From the NCBI GenBank assembly GCA_043820105.1, contig JBDREC010000103.1:15405-79404 (forward strand): a DNA stretch of 64,000 bases. Direction: 5' to 3'. Shown in pieces: positions 9,755 through 19,584 of the stretch (position 1 is the stretch's first letter; each line of letters starts with the position of its first letter). Source of the DNA: Pseudomonadota bacterium. GTDB lineage: Bacteria; Bdellovibrionota_F; JAHFAK01; JBDREC01. The notes beneath the pieces are model-generated. The model saw only the letters and a program-made list of their open reading frames with translations. It did no database searches and was not told where the DNA came from. A program made the position numbers and the translations under genes.

Positions 9755-11158
9755 ATGACAATTAGAACAAGATTTGCACCAAGTCCAACTGGTTTTTTGC
9801 ATATTGGTGGGGCTAGGACTGCACTTTATAGCTATTTATATGCAAAGGCAAATAAAGGTAAATTTGTATTAAGAATTGAGGATACAGATACCGAAAGGTC
9901 CACAAAGGAATATGAAGAAGATATTCTAGCTTCAATGAAATGGTTAGGTCTTGATTGGGATGAGGGACCATTTTATCAATCAAAAAATGTGGATATCTAT
10001 AAGGAAGCTATAGATAAACTTTTTGAAAACGGTATGTTATATAAATGCTATTGCTCAAGAGAAAGACTTGACAAGGTTCGTGAAGAGGCAATGAAAGCAG
10101 GAGGAAAACCCAAGTATGATGGGAAATGCCGTGAATTCAATGAACATAAAGACGAGCCATATGTTATTAGATTTAAAATGCCGCAAGTTGGTCAAGTCCT
10201 GGTAAATGATTTGATTAAAGGTGAAACAACTTTTGATAACAGTGAGTTAGATGATTTAATAATTGTTAGGCAAAATGGAGCTTATACTTATAATTTTGTA
10301 GTTGTTATTGATGATGTTGAAGAAAAGATTACTCACATTGTTCGAGGTGATGATCATTTAAATAATACTCCAAAACAATTACATATTTACAATGCATTAG
10401 GAGCAGAGCCTCCAATTTTTGCACATTTACCTATGATTTTAGGACCAGATAAACAAAGATTATCAAAAAGACATGGAGCAACAGCTGTATCTGCTTATAA
10501 AGATGCAGGTTATTTACCTCATGCAATGCTGAATTATCTGCTTCGTCTTGGATGGTCCCATGGAGATGATGAGATTTTTTCAAAAGATGAAATGGTCCAA
10601 AAATTTCTTAATGGAAATCTAGGTAAGTCATCTTCTATTTTTGATATGGATAAATTTACCTGGCTAAATGGTCATTATATTAGGCATGAAACTGATGAAA
10701 AGTTGGTTGAACTATTAGGTGAAAAGCACCCGCAAGTTATAGAAAATAAAAACGAAAAAGTGTTAGAACTTGTTCGTCTATGCAAGGAAAGAGCAAAGAC
10801 AATAAATGAATTATATGATTGGATTTCTTTTTATTTTAAAGACGAAATTGCATATGATGAAACAGCGAGTCAAAAGTTTTTAAAGGGAAATGTATTAGAA
10901 CCATTTACAGAATTATATGAAAAATTAAATTCTCTTGAAGATTTCAAAGAAGAAGCTGTGCAAAGTCTATTTATGGGTATTTTAGAAAAACACGAAATTA
11001 AACTTGTCAAACTTGCTCAACCAGTACGGGTAGCCCTAACTGGCAAAAGCTTTAGCCCAGGAATTTTTGAAGTCATTTCAATCCTCGGCAAAGACAGAAC
11101 AATTTCCCGCCTTGAAAAGGGACTTGAATTTATTAAAGAGCGAGTTGTTGCTAGCTAG
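9755..11158 (+). CDS. gltX: Glutamyl-tRNA synthetase
   Basis: HIGH-type motif (PSPTGFLHIGGARTA) and KMSKS-type motif (RLSKRHG); 467 aa. Confidence 0.85.
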   Translation: MTIRTRFAPSPTGFLHIGGARTALYSYLYAKANKGKFVLRIEDTDTERSTKEYEEDILASMKWLGLDWDEGPFYQSKNVDIYKEAIDKLFENGMLYKCYCSRERLDKVREEAMKAGGKPKYDGKCREFNEHKDEPYVIRFKMPQVGQVLVNDLIKGETTFDNSELDDLIIVRQNGAYTYNFVVVIDDVEEKITHIVRGDDHLNNTPKQLHIYNALGAEPPIFAHLPMILGPDKQRLSKRHGATAVSAYKDAGYLPHAMLNYLLRLGWSHGDDEIFSKDEMVQKFLNGNLGKSSSIFDMDKFTWLNGHYIRHETDEKLVELLGEKHPQVIENKNEKVLELVRLCKERAKTINELYDWISFYFKDEIAYDETASQKFLKGNVLEPFTELYEKLNSLEDFKEEAVQSLFMGILEKHEIKLVKLAQPVRVALTGKSFSPGIFEVISILGKDRTISRLEKGLEFIKERVVAS

Positions 11159-11166
11159 CACATTTT

Positions 11167-11191
11167 AGCTTGTAGCTACCAGCTACAAGCT
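11167..11191. repeat. Palindromic intergenic element AGCTTGTAGCT-ACC-AGCTACAAGCT between convergent gltX and nlpD
   Basis: Perfect 11-bp inverted repeat with 3-nt loop; related copies at 1623-1650 and 5533-5560. Confidence 0.6.
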
Positions 11192-11200
11192 AGAATATAT

Positions 11201-11926
11201 TCAAAAATTAATATAACTTTCAGGATCAATTGATTCTACTCCTGAGCGTAATTCGAAGTGGAGATGGTTATTTTCTGCGTTTCCTGTGTTGCCAACTTCA
11301 GCGATATAATCTCCTTTTTGGACTTTATCGCCTTCTTTTACTAAGTTTTTGCTATTGTGTGCATAAACTGAGGTGAAATCTTGTTCGTGCTTGATAATTA
11401 CTAAATTTCCGTAGTCTTCTAGTTCTGATCCTGAATATACCACTACACCAGCTGCACAGGCTTTTATTTTGCTTCCTTTTGCTGCTTTTATATCTATACC
11501 ATGGTGTTTTTTGCCAGATCTATATCCATATTTTGATGTAATATTTCCAGATACTGGAGAAATGAATTGTAAAGTGCTTTTAGGTATTGCTTTTTCTTTT
11601 TTGGCAACTGGTGGTTTATAAGTATTTCTTTTTGCTGGTTTTGAAATAGCTTGGTCAATTCTAATAAGTCTGTCTGCACCTGGAATAAAGATTAGATCCC
11701 CTTCTGCAACTGACAAAGAAGTCATTTTATTTGCTTTAATAATATCTTTTTTAGCAATTTTATAAGCTTTAGATATCATGTCAAGGTCAACACCTTCAGT
11801 TACTTTATGATATACGCCGCCTTTTATGTCGATAATGTAGCTGTGGATTGGACCGCAGGAGGAAATTGATAATAATATTATGGCGTACAGCGTACAGAGT
11901 ACGGCGTGTTTAATTTTCAAATCCAT
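11201..11926 (-). CDS. nlpD: M23 family peptidase lipoprotein (NlpD-like)
   Basis: Lipobox (LSISSCG); HHGIDI ... YAHNS ... GNTGNAENNHLHFELR M23 zinc-site pattern; surE-pcm-nlpD order as in E. coli. Confidence 0.75.
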   Translation of the reverse strand: MDLKIKHAVLCTLYAIILLSISSCGPIHSYIIDIKGGVYHKVTEGVDLDMISKAYKIAKKDIIKANKMTSLSVAEGDLIFIPGADRLIRIDQAISKPAKRNTYKPPVAKKEKAIPKSTLQFISPVSGNITSKYGYRSGKKHHGIDIKAAKGSKIKACAAGVVVYSGSELEDYGNLVIIKHEQDFTSVYAHNSKNLVKEGDKVQKGDYIAEVGNTGNAENNHLHFELRSGVESIDPESYINF

Positions 11927-12551
11927 GTCTCCCTATTAGTTTTACAAATCTGCAGGCTCCTTCGCTTAAGATTTCAATATCTTCTTCACCTTTAATAAAT
12001 ACTTTAAGAATTTGTGAATCTTCATCTCCAATTGGGATGACAATTTTACCACCAATTTTTAGCTGTTCAATATATGTTCTTGGTATTTCTGGAGATGCAG
12101 CTGAAACAATTACAGCATCAAAAGGGGCTTCTTCAGCATAACCTAAAGTTCCATCTGATACTAAAAGTCTAGCATTATAATAATTAAGTTCATCAAGTGT
12201 TTTTTGTGCATTTCTTGAAAGTTCTTTAATTCTTTCTATTGAAAAAACTTTTTTTACAATTTCTGCTAAGATGGCTGTCATATATCCTGAGCCAGTGCCG
12301 ATTTCTAAGACTTTTTCATTTCCCTTTAATTCCAATAATTCTACCATTAATGAGACAATGTAGGGTTGGGAAATCGTTTGAGCAAAACCTATTGGAAGAG
12401 GATAGTCACCATATGCTCTAAGATATAAAGCTTCATCAACAAACATATGCCTTGGAACTTTTTTAAAGGCTTCAATAACTTTTATGTCTTTTATGCCTCT
12501 AGGGATTAATTGTGTGTTAACCATCTTGTTGCGTTCATATTGAAATTCCAC
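11910..12551 (-). CDS. pcm: Protein-L-isoaspartate O-methyltransferase
   Basis: SAM-binding motif VLEIGTGSGY; conserved surE-pcm arrangement. Confidence 0.8.
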   Translation of the reverse strand: MEFQYERNKMVNTQLIPRGIKDIKVIEAFKKVPRHMFVDEALYLRAYGDYPLPIGFAQTISQPYIVSLMVELLELKGNEKVLEIGTGSGYMTAILAEIVKKVFSIERIKELSRNAQKTLDELNYYNARLLVSDGTLGYAEEAPFDAVIVSAASPEIPRTYIEQLKIGGKIVIPIGDEDSQILKVFIKGEEDIEILSEGACRFVKLIGRHGFEN

Positions 12552-13301
12552 TTAGAATATTTTCCTTTCCTGTAAATCTTTTATTGCATCTAAGTCGGTA
12601 ACCTCGGTTTTAATCGGTGTTATTGAGATTTTATTTTCTTGTAATGCATAACAATCACTGCCCATACCATGACCCTTGGTATCAGCTACGCCCGTAAACC
12701 AGTAATAATCCCTGCCAATGGGGTCAATTCGTTTTTCTAAATTTTCTTTATATATCTTACTTCCTAATTTAGTTATTTCAACTCCTTTTATTTGATCATA
12801 GGGAAGATTGGGAATGTTTATATTATAAAGTATGTTATTGGGTAATTCATTTGATAATAGTTTTTTTGCAAAAACTTGTGCAAATTTTGCAGCGCTTTCA
12901 TAAATTGGATCTGAAAATGTGGCTAATGAAATTGCAAATGCTGGGACTTCTCTGTAAATAGCTTCCCAGGCTCCAGCAATGGTTCCTGAATAAAAGATAT
13001 CCTGGCCAACATTTTGACCAAGGTTTATGCCTGAAATTGCTAAGTCTGGCTGGCCATTGCAAATGTGTTGTATCCCTGCATTTATGCAATCACTTGGTGT
13101 GCCTTTTACAGCATAGATGTTTTCTTCAAGCTTTTTTATCCTAATTGGCTCTGCAATAGTGATGGATCTTCCACAGCCTGAAACTTCAACATTTGGAGCA
13201 GCAATATAAACTTCACCAATTTCCTTCATGTACTGGGCTAAAATTCTTATGCCTTTAGCGTGTACACCATCATCATTTGTTAACAATATCTTTATTGACA
13301 T
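12552..13301 (-). CDS. surE: 5'/3'-nucleotidase SurE
   Basis: N-terminal ILLTNDDGVHAKGI signature of SurE. Confidence 0.8.
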   Translation of the reverse strand: MSIKILLTNDDGVHAKGIRILAQYMKEIGEVYIAAPNVEVSGCGRSITIAEPIRIKKLEENIYAVKGTPSDCINAGIQHICNGQPDLAISGINLGQNVGQDIFYSGTIAGAWEAIYREVPAFAISLATFSDPIYESAAKFAQVFAKKLLSNELPNNILYNINIPNLPYDQIKGVEITKLGSKIYKENLEKRIDPIGRDYYWFTGVADTKGHGMGSDCYALQENKISITPIKTEVTDLDAIKDLQERKIF

Positions 13302-13302
13302 A

Positions 13303-13950
13303 TTATATTTCCTGTTTTTTTGAATCTTTTAAAAAGTTTTCAATAGCAATAGAAGTTAGTTCATGTTCAGTAATGATGGGAATTAAATCAGGTGTTATGG
13401 TAATTTCATTAATTCCAGCTGCCAAGGTTTTTTCAACATGTGCTCTTGTTTTAAAGCTCGCACAAAGGATTTTTGAGTTAAATTTATTTTCATAAAAAAT
13501 AGTTGAAAGCTCTACTAAAAAAGTAAAGAAATCCAGATTCGCTTTTTCCATTCTGCTCACGTAAGGGATAACATAATCAGCCCCTGCTTTTGCTGCCAAA
13601 ACCCCTTGAGAAATAGAAAAACAAGCAGTTGCAGCTGTTTTTACTCCAATTTCAGAAAGCCTTTCAATTGCTTTTAAGCCCTCAAAGTTAATTGGTATTT
13701 TAACAATAATTCTATTGCAGGATAAATCACTTAATTTATGAGCTTCATTAATGATATTTTCAGCATTAGTTTCTGTAACTTGAGCGAAAATAACGCCATC
13801 GCTTAATTCTGCGATTTTGGGAATTATTGTCTTAGTAGTTTCTCCAACTTTTGCACAAATTGTTGGATTTGTAGTAATTCCATCAAAAAGTTTTGGATTA
13901 TAATACTTTAAAATTTCAGCAGTATCAGCAGTATCTAAAAATATTTTCAT
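13303..13950 (-). CDS. Transaldolase / fructose-6-phosphate aldolase family (short Tal/Fsa type)
   Basis: MKIFLDTADTAEI ... GITTNPT and Schiff-base Lys context IIVKIP; start moved to the internal ATG at 13950. Confidence 0.7.
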   Translation of the reverse strand: MKIFLDTADTAEILKYYNPKLFDGITTNPTICAKVGETTKTIIPKIAELSDGVIFAQVTETNAENIINEAHKLSDLSCNRIIVKIPINFEGLKAIERLSEIGVKTAATACFSISQGVLAAKAGADYVIPYVSRMEKANLDFFTFLVELSTIFYENKFNSKILCASFKTRAHVEKTLAAGINEITITPDLIPIITEHELTSIAIENFLKDSKKQEI

Positions 13951-14157
13951 AAAACCTCTTTTATAAGTGGTAAGTGGTAAGATGTAAGTAGTAAGTATTA
14001 CTTTTAGTAATAATTTGTCAAACAACATTTCATTGAAATAAAATATCTTTAAACTTAATAAATTAACTTGATATTTTTATCATAATGGATGAATTTTAAA
14101 ATGTATTTTTTTTAACTTATTGTTCCAAATTGATTAATTATGTGATAGGGATTTTCA

Positions 14158-14601
14158 ATGGATGTTGGAAATAACGGCTCTAGCCGTAAAGTGCTCTCTG
14201 AAATAAATGTTACTCCCTTTGTTGATGTTATGCTTGTCTTATTGGTTATTTTTATGGTTACTGCTCCTTTGATTCAACATGGAGTAAAAGTAAACCTCCC
14301 AAAAGCAGACACAACAGCTATTGAGCCTTCAGAAAAAGAACAACTCATTGTAACAATAGATAAAAATAAAAACATATTTATATTAGCAGATAAGTATTCT
14401 TATGAGGATTTTGTTGTAAAAATACTAAGTATTGCGAAAAACAAAAAGGATAAAAAGGTTTTTTTAGGGGCTGATGGTAGTCTTAACTATGATGTAATTA
14501 TTAAAATCATGGCTATTATGAAAAACGCAGGTTTTGAGGAGATAGGTTTAATTACAGAGCCGGATATTGAGAAAACAGTGATGAAGAGTAAAGAGCTTTG
14601 A
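14158..14601 (+). CDS. tolR: ExbD/TolR family biopolymer transport protein
   Basis: NVTPFVDVMLVLLVIFMVTAPL single-TM ExbD/TolR signature; context tolA-tolB-pal downstream; no adjacent tolQ/exbB. Confidence 0.7.
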   Translation: MDVGNNGSSRKVLSEINVTPFVDVMLVLLVIFMVTAPLIQHGVKVNLPKADTTAIEPSEKEQLIVTIDKNKNIFILADKYSYEDFVVKILSIAKNKKDKKVFLGADGSLNYDVIIKIMAIMKNAGFEEIGLITEPDIEKTVMKSKEL

Positions 14602-14712
14602 TGCTGGTTGCTGGTGTTGCTTTCTCTGGTGCTCTGGTGATCTGGTGCTCTGGTGACCAAGATTAAGACTTAAGATTAAGATTTAAGATTAAGATTTAAG
14701 ATAAAGCTAAAG
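14602..14712. repeat. Low-complexity tandem-repeat spacer between tolR and tolA (CTGGTG-like block then ATTAAGA-like block)
   Basis: Read directly; contains a 21-codon hydrophobic ORF (14601-14666) overlapping the tolR stop as TGATG. Confidence 0.6.
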
Positions 14713-15603
14713 ATGGAAAAAATTAAGAGGAAAACAAGGTCGCATATTGGGACATTTATTGTAATGTTTGTGTTATCTTTGTCTGCACATCTATTTGCTT
14801 TTTATTTTCTGGCAAAAAGATATCCTGACAGTCTTGATAAGATTGAGATTCCTAAGATTAAATCAGTAAAGGGATATTTAATTTCGCAAGATGAGCTTTT
14901 AATTAAGGAAGTTTTAAAAATTAAGCAGCGAACAAAGCTTGCTGCTCCTAAATATACTCCACCCCCACCAAAACAAGTTGTTCCAAAAAACGTAGTTAAG
15001 CTTCCACCAAAGGAAGTTGAAAAGCCTAAGCCTAAAAAGACGAAGAGGCAAATTGAAAAGGACAAAGCTTTAGAAAATATTAAGAAGAAAATTGAAAAGA
15101 AGATTATTACCGAGAAAAAATTACCTATAAAAACTGATCCAACAGAAACACGTGAGGCTCCAAAGGCTGAGAATTTTCCTGTTCCAGAAGGGTGGAAGGA
15201 GACGGAGACAGCTAAGCTTAAGATTCCACTTGGTAGCCAAACCGGAAATGAAGGTGGCAAAGAATTAAATGAAGATATGATTAATTATGAAATCGCCAAG
15301 TATGGGCTTTTACTTAAAGATAGCATTATAGGCAATTTTATCTTAAGTAATAAACGAGCTCTTAGAGAAAATCCTGATATTGAAATACATGTAAGTGTAA
15401 AGACAGATTCAAATGGAAGATTAATTTTTATGGAACTTGTAAAAAGCTCTGGAGTTGATTCCTTAGATGGACAATGTCTAAGCGCTATAAAAAAGACTGA
15501 ACCATTTCCCAGACCCCCTCTTATTTTAAAAGGAAGATCTAGCTTCACTTTTAAATTTATTTTTCCTGGCAAAGATTTACTAAAACTTATTAATGAGGAA
15601 TAG
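14713..15603 (+). CDS. tolA: TolA/TonB-family protein (N-terminal TM anchor, Pro/Lys-rich spacer, TonB-C-like domain)
   Basis: Membrane anchor, PPPPKQVVPKNVVKLPPKEVEKPKPKK spacer, C-terminal domain; position between tolR and tolB. Confidence 0.6.
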   Translation: MEKIKRKTRSHIGTFIVMFVLSLSAHLFAFYFLAKRYPDSLDKIEIPKIKSVKGYLISQDELLIKEVLKIKQRTKLAAPKYTPPPPKQVVPKNVVKLPPKEVEKPKPKKTKRQIEKDKALENIKKKIEKKIITEKKLPIKTDPTETREAPKAENFPVPEGWKETETAKLKIPLGSQTGNEGGKELNEDMINYEIAKYGLLLKDSIIGNFILSNKRALRENPDIEIHVSVKTDSNGRLIFMELVKSSGVDSLDGQCLSAIKKTEPFPRPPLILKGRSSFTFKFIFPGKDLLKLINEE

Positions 15604-15605
15604 CT

Positions 15606-16952
15606 ATGAAGAAAACAATTTTTACAACTTTGTTAATGTTTATTTTAACTTGCACTTCATCCGTCAATGCTGAAGAAAAGGAGATTGTTATCACAATTGA
15701 CGATTTTCAGAAAAAGGCAACTCCAATTGCTATTGTTCCTTTTGTGGATCTTGGAGATGTAAAATATAATCATAAGGATTGGGCTTATCTTCATCAAACT
15801 ATACTTGATGACTTAGGTTTAACAGGGTGGTTTCGCCTCATTAAAGAAGACGCATTTTTAGCTTCAGCTCCAAAAGAAATTAGCGATTTTTCTGTATCAA
15901 AAATTCCCTTTCAAAAATGGGCTGTTTTAGATGCAGTATATTTATTAATGGGATTTTATAAAAAAGATGGAACTAAAGTTACTGTTAACTACTATCTTTA
16001 TAATGTAATTCAAAGAAAGCTTATTGTTAGCCAATCGCTACACAGCTCTAATCATATGGGAAGAAAAACAGCTCATAGAGTTGCTGACAGGGTTGTTGAA
16101 TATATTACTGGTGAAATGGGAATCTTTGAAACAAAGATTGTAGGAACCTATGTCACCTATGAGGGCGGAAATAAGATTGAACAAATTTTTATATCTGAAT
16201 TTGATGGTAAAAATATTGAAATGAAAACAAGTGGGAAAAATAAAAATCTTTCTCCTGCCTGGTCAAGTGATGGAAAGAAGATTGTATTTGTATCTGATAG
16301 AAGAGGTTCCTGGGAACTTAATATAATAGATTGGATCCAGAAAAAAATATATCCAATTACAAAACTTGAAACCACTATCATTAGTCCTACATTTAATCCT
16401 ACTAACGATGAAATCGTTGCCGCAATGTCTGTGAAGGGCGATACTAAGCTTTTTAGGTTCTCTCAAACGGGTAAGATGCTGCAACAATTGACAAAAGGTT
16501 GGAATAGCATGGATATTCAGCCAAGCTTTAGTCCTGATGGCACAAAAATTGCATTCTCTAGTAGTAGAAGTGGAAGACCTCAGATCTATGTAATGGATGC
16601 AAATGGCAATAATGTCAAGAGGTTAACCTTCGGTGAAATGAAAGATCAATGTCCAGCCTGGTCCCCAAAAGGGGACAAGATTGTCTATGCATCGCAGGAT
16701 GCGGACAAACATATGGACATATTTGTTATAAATGCTGATGGATCCGGGCAGCCTCAGAGGCTAACGTATGATAGTCGAAATAATGAAGATCCTACCTGGT
16801 CTCCGGATGGTCGTTTCATAGCATTTTCAACAGATAGGGAAAGGGGTAAGTATCACGTTTGGATTATGAATAAGGATGGTAAGAATGCAAGACCTTTGAC
16901 TAAGGGTAAAGGTGAATACATTATTCCATCGTGGTCCCCAAGAATTAAATAG
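15606..16952 (+). CDS. tolB: Tol-Pal system beta-propeller protein TolB
   Basis: Signal peptide; repeated SPxWSxDGxKIxF beta-propeller blades. Confidence 0.8.
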   Translation: MKKTIFTTLLMFILTCTSSVNAEEKEIVITIDDFQKKATPIAIVPFVDLGDVKYNHKDWAYLHQTILDDLGLTGWFRLIKEDAFLASAPKEISDFSVSKIPFQKWAVLDAVYLLMGFYKKDGTKVTVNYYLYNVIQRKLIVSQSLHSSNHMGRKTAHRVADRVVEYITGEMGIFETKIVGTYVTYEGGNKIEQIFISEFDGKNIEMKTSGKNKNLSPAWSSDGKKIVFVSDRRGSWELNIIDWIQKKIYPITKLETTIISPTFNPTNDEIVAAMSVKGDTKLFRFSQTGKMLQQLTKGWNSMDIQPSFSPDGTKIAFSSSRSGRPQIYVMDANGNNVKRLTFGEMKDQCPAWSPKGDKIVYASQDADKHMDIFVINADGSGQPQRLTYDSRNNEDPTWSPDGRFIAFSTDRERGKYHVWIMNKDGKNARPLTKGKGEYIIPSWSPRIK

Positions 16953-17030
16953 TTTTTCATCTTAAATGGGGGCTTGTAAAATCCAAAAGGATGATTAAAT
17001 AACTATTAAACGGTCAAATAGGAGTTTGAA

Positions 17031-17801
17031 ATGTACAAAATGTTGGGAGTTTTAATCTTAGCCTCTATTATTTTAGCAAGTTGCTTAACAAAAGCACCTT
17101 ACAAAGAAATAAATGAAGCTCAAGATGCCATGAGAAATGCTGTAAAGGCAAATGCACCTCAATATGCACCTAAAGAATTTGAATCAGCGCAAGAAGCAAT
17201 GGATAGAGCTACAAATGATCTTGTTGGCCAGGATTTTAATGGCGCAAGACATAATGCGAAAGTAGCCTCAGAACTTGCATATTTTGCAAAGATCGCTGCA
17301 ATTAGAAATAAAGATTGTATGGATGATACCTTGCTTGGTGAAGAAAGCATTACTGAATCCAACCTTGACGCTGGTTTAAAGGCACTTTCACTTGCAGATG
17401 AGCAAGAAGCAGCTGATTCATTTAAAGATTCATCAGTTTCAGAAGGCTTACTTGCTGAATTTGATGAAGCTGGATTAAAAGTGATTTATTTTGATTTTGA
17501 TCAGTATCAAATTAAAAAAGACCAGGAACAAAATGTATCAAAGAATATTAATTTCTTAAAGAAATATGATAATGTGAATTTGCTTGTTGAAGGTCATTGT
17601 GATGTTAGAGGAAGTAATGAATACAATTTAGCCCTTGGACAAAAAAGAGCTTATGCTATTCAAGACTTTTTTGATAAAAATGGCATCAGCCAAAAAAGAG
17701 TTAAGCTTGTTAGCTTTGGCGAGGAAAGACCTGCATTAATAGGTTCTGGCGAAGATATCCACTCAAAAAACAGAAGAGTTGAGTTTCAAATCACAGATTA
17801 G
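17031..17801 (+). CDS. pal: Peptidoglycan-associated lipoprotein (OmpA-like domain)
   Basis: Lipobox (LASC); OmpA-like C-terminal domain (VEGHCDVRGSNEYNLALGQKRAYAI ... RVEF). Confidence 0.75.
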   Translation: MYKMLGVLILASIILASCLTKAPYKEINEAQDAMRNAVKANAPQYAPKEFESAQEAMDRATNDLVGQDFNGARHNAKVASELAYFAKIAAIRNKDCMDDTLLGEESITESNLDAGLKALSLADEQEAADSFKDSSVSEGLLAEFDEAGLKVIYFDFDQYQIKKDQEQNVSKNINFLKKYDNVNLLVEGHCDVRGSNEYNLALGQKRAYAIQDFFDKNGISQKRVKLVSFGEERPALIGSGEDIHSKNRRVEFQITD

Positions 17802-17888
17802 TTTCAAAAGATCTTTTTTATTTTTCTTGAAACATCTAATTTTAATTTATATCCTTTAAAATACAAAAATAACTAAAGGTATAGTTCC

Positions 17889-19088
17889 ATGAAAAAATAT
17901 TTTCTTTTACTTTTCGTTCCCTTGATAATGTTTTCATGTTATGAAAAAAATAGTAAAAAAAGTACTCAGCCTAATGAGACTAAGAAAGTTAAAAAACAAG
18001 AACCCTCAGGAAGATTTGTTATAACATACACAACAAATAATTTTGGCGAAATATCAGACTGTGGTTGTGCAACTTTACAGTTAGGTGGACTTGCTAAAAG
18101 AATCACAATGCAAAATGAAATAAGGGGTGAGGGACTTGATCTTCTTTATTTGGATTCAGGTGATTATTTTTCAAAATCTCATATTTATCCAGAATTTTTA
18201 TTGGAAGATTTTAAAAAACGAGCGAACTTGTTGGCCCTCGGTGCGGAAAAACTTGAAATCTCTGCTTTAGCTCCAGGTGAAACAGATTTTGTTTTAGGCA
18301 AAGAATATTTGACAAGCACTGCTTTACCCTATGTATCTGCAAATATCGTCAACTCTGATAACTCTAAACCATATTTTGACCAATATGTTGTTAAAAATGT
18401 TGGCGGATATAAAGTTGCAATTACAGGTGTCATTGAAGAACGTTTTTCAAAATTATTTGATCAAAAGAATATGGGTATTAAATTTCTCAATATTAAAGAT
18501 TCCTTAAAGAGCTTGATTCCAAAGTTAAAGATAGTTGCAGATCTTGTAATAGTATTGGCTCATGTTGATGAAGAGACTATGGCTCAGTTAGTTACAGAAG
18601 TTGCTGGAATTGACTTTGTTATTTCCGGTCATAATGGAGTTTTAATGCATGAGGCAAGAAAATATGGCAACACCTTTTTCTTTGAAGCTGAAAAAAGAGG
18701 AAAGTATGTTGGACGAATTGATTTTGATGTGAAGTCAGCTCAAGGCTTTAAAAATGATATTTCCGGTGTTAAAAAATTAGAAAAACAACTTTGGTGGGTG
18801 AAAGAAGAGATATCAACTTTCAAAAAAGAAGCAAATTTGCCTGAAAATGCAAGCAAAGAAGACTTATTAAAAGCTTTCAAAGATGATGCTTTTTCCTTGA
18901 AAGAAATAGATGCACAATTTACTAAACTTAGCGAATTAGAAACAAAGCTTGCATCTATTCAATTACCAGTTAGTGGTGGTTTCTGGCATACTATCTTGCC
19001 TGTAGAAGAAGATATTGTTGATGATCCCGAATTTTTAAAGAAGTATGAAGAATTAGAAGAACAAAGAAAAGAAAAACAAGAAAAATAA
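17889..19088 (+). CDS. Lipoprotein with degenerate calcineurin-like metallophosphoesterase/5'-nucleotidase-like domain and C-terminal coiled coil
   Basis: Lipobox (MFSCY); ITYTTNNFGEI in place of the usual metal-binding D-x-H-G; occupies the position where cpoB/ybgF follows pal in E. coli. Confidence 0.4.
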   Translation: MKKYFLLLFVPLIMFSCYEKNSKKSTQPNETKKVKKQEPSGRFVITYTTNNFGEISDCGCATLQLGGLAKRITMQNEIRGEGLDLLYLDSGDYFSKSHIYPEFLLEDFKKRANLLALGAEKLEISALAPGETDFVLGKEYLTSTALPYVSANIVNSDNSKPYFDQYVVKNVGGYKVAITGVIEERFSKLFDQKNMGIKFLNIKDSLKSLIPKLKIVADLVIVLAHVDEETMAQLVTEVAGIDFVISGHNGVLMHEARKYGNTFFFEAEKRGKYVGRIDFDVKSAQGFKNDISGVKKLEKQLWWVKEEISTFKKEANLPENASKEDLLKAFKDDAFSLKEIDAQFTKLSELETKLASIQLPVSGGFWHTILPVEEDIVDDPEFLKKYEELEEQRKEKQEK

Positions 19089-19129
19089 ATTATTTTTAAG
19101 CAATGTAAATAAATAAATTTGAAAAAATT

Positions 19130-19570
19130 ATGAGTGAAATAATAATTACTATTGCCTTTATTATTGTTATTTATGTTTTCTTTTTCCAGGGGAAAAATAA
19201 GAAACCAGTTAATAAAATCATATTAAAGGAAAATGATCAAATAATTGCAGATAATGTTCGATGTGCTTATCTTACATTTCAAAGAATGGTTGGCTTGTTA
19301 AATACTCCATCAATTAATAAAGGTGAAGCATTAATAATTGATCCTTGCAAAGCTATTCATATGAAGTTTATGGGTTTTTCTATTGATGCTGTTTTTATAG
19401 ATAAAAAAGGTGAAATTGTTGCAATTTATGAAGACCTGGAACCTCAAAAAAAATATAGGGTATTTAGGCCAGGTAATAAAGCTAAAGCAGTTATTGAGCT
19501 TCCATTGTCTACAGTAAAAAAACATGAATTAAAGTTAGGTCAAATTCTTGAATTTATTTATGATGAATAG
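19130..19570 (+). CDS. DUF192-family protein
   Basis: N-terminal TM plus IDPCKAIHMKFMGFSIDAVFIDKKGEIV ... ELPLSTV pattern recalled for DUF192. Confidence 0.5.
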   Translation: MSEIIITIAFIIVIYVFFFQGKNKKPVNKIILKENDQIIADNVRCAYLTFQRMVGLLNTPSINKGEALIIDPCKAIHMKFMGFSIDAVFIDKKGEIVAIYEDLEPQKKYRVFRPGNKAKAVIELPLSTVKKHELKLGQILEFIYDE

Positions 19571-19584
19571 TTCTTTTGATAAGT

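Noticed and set aside
11880-11910. GCGTACAGCGTACAGAGTACGGCG repeat-like sequence
   Set aside because: It lies inside the nlpD coding region and encodes the signal peptide (HAVLCTLYAI); it is not an intergenic repeat element.
14602-14712. Possible CRISPR array or other regular repeat-spacer structure
   Set aside because: Repeat units are only 6-10 nt with no spacers of unique sequence; the same applies to 3153-3209 and 7280-7329. No CRISPR-like array was seen anywhere in the window.
14802-15572. Minus-strand ORFs 14802-15260 and 15285-15572 inside tolA
   Set aside because: Fully antisense to a well-supported tolA ORF; low-complexity products typical of shadow ORFs.
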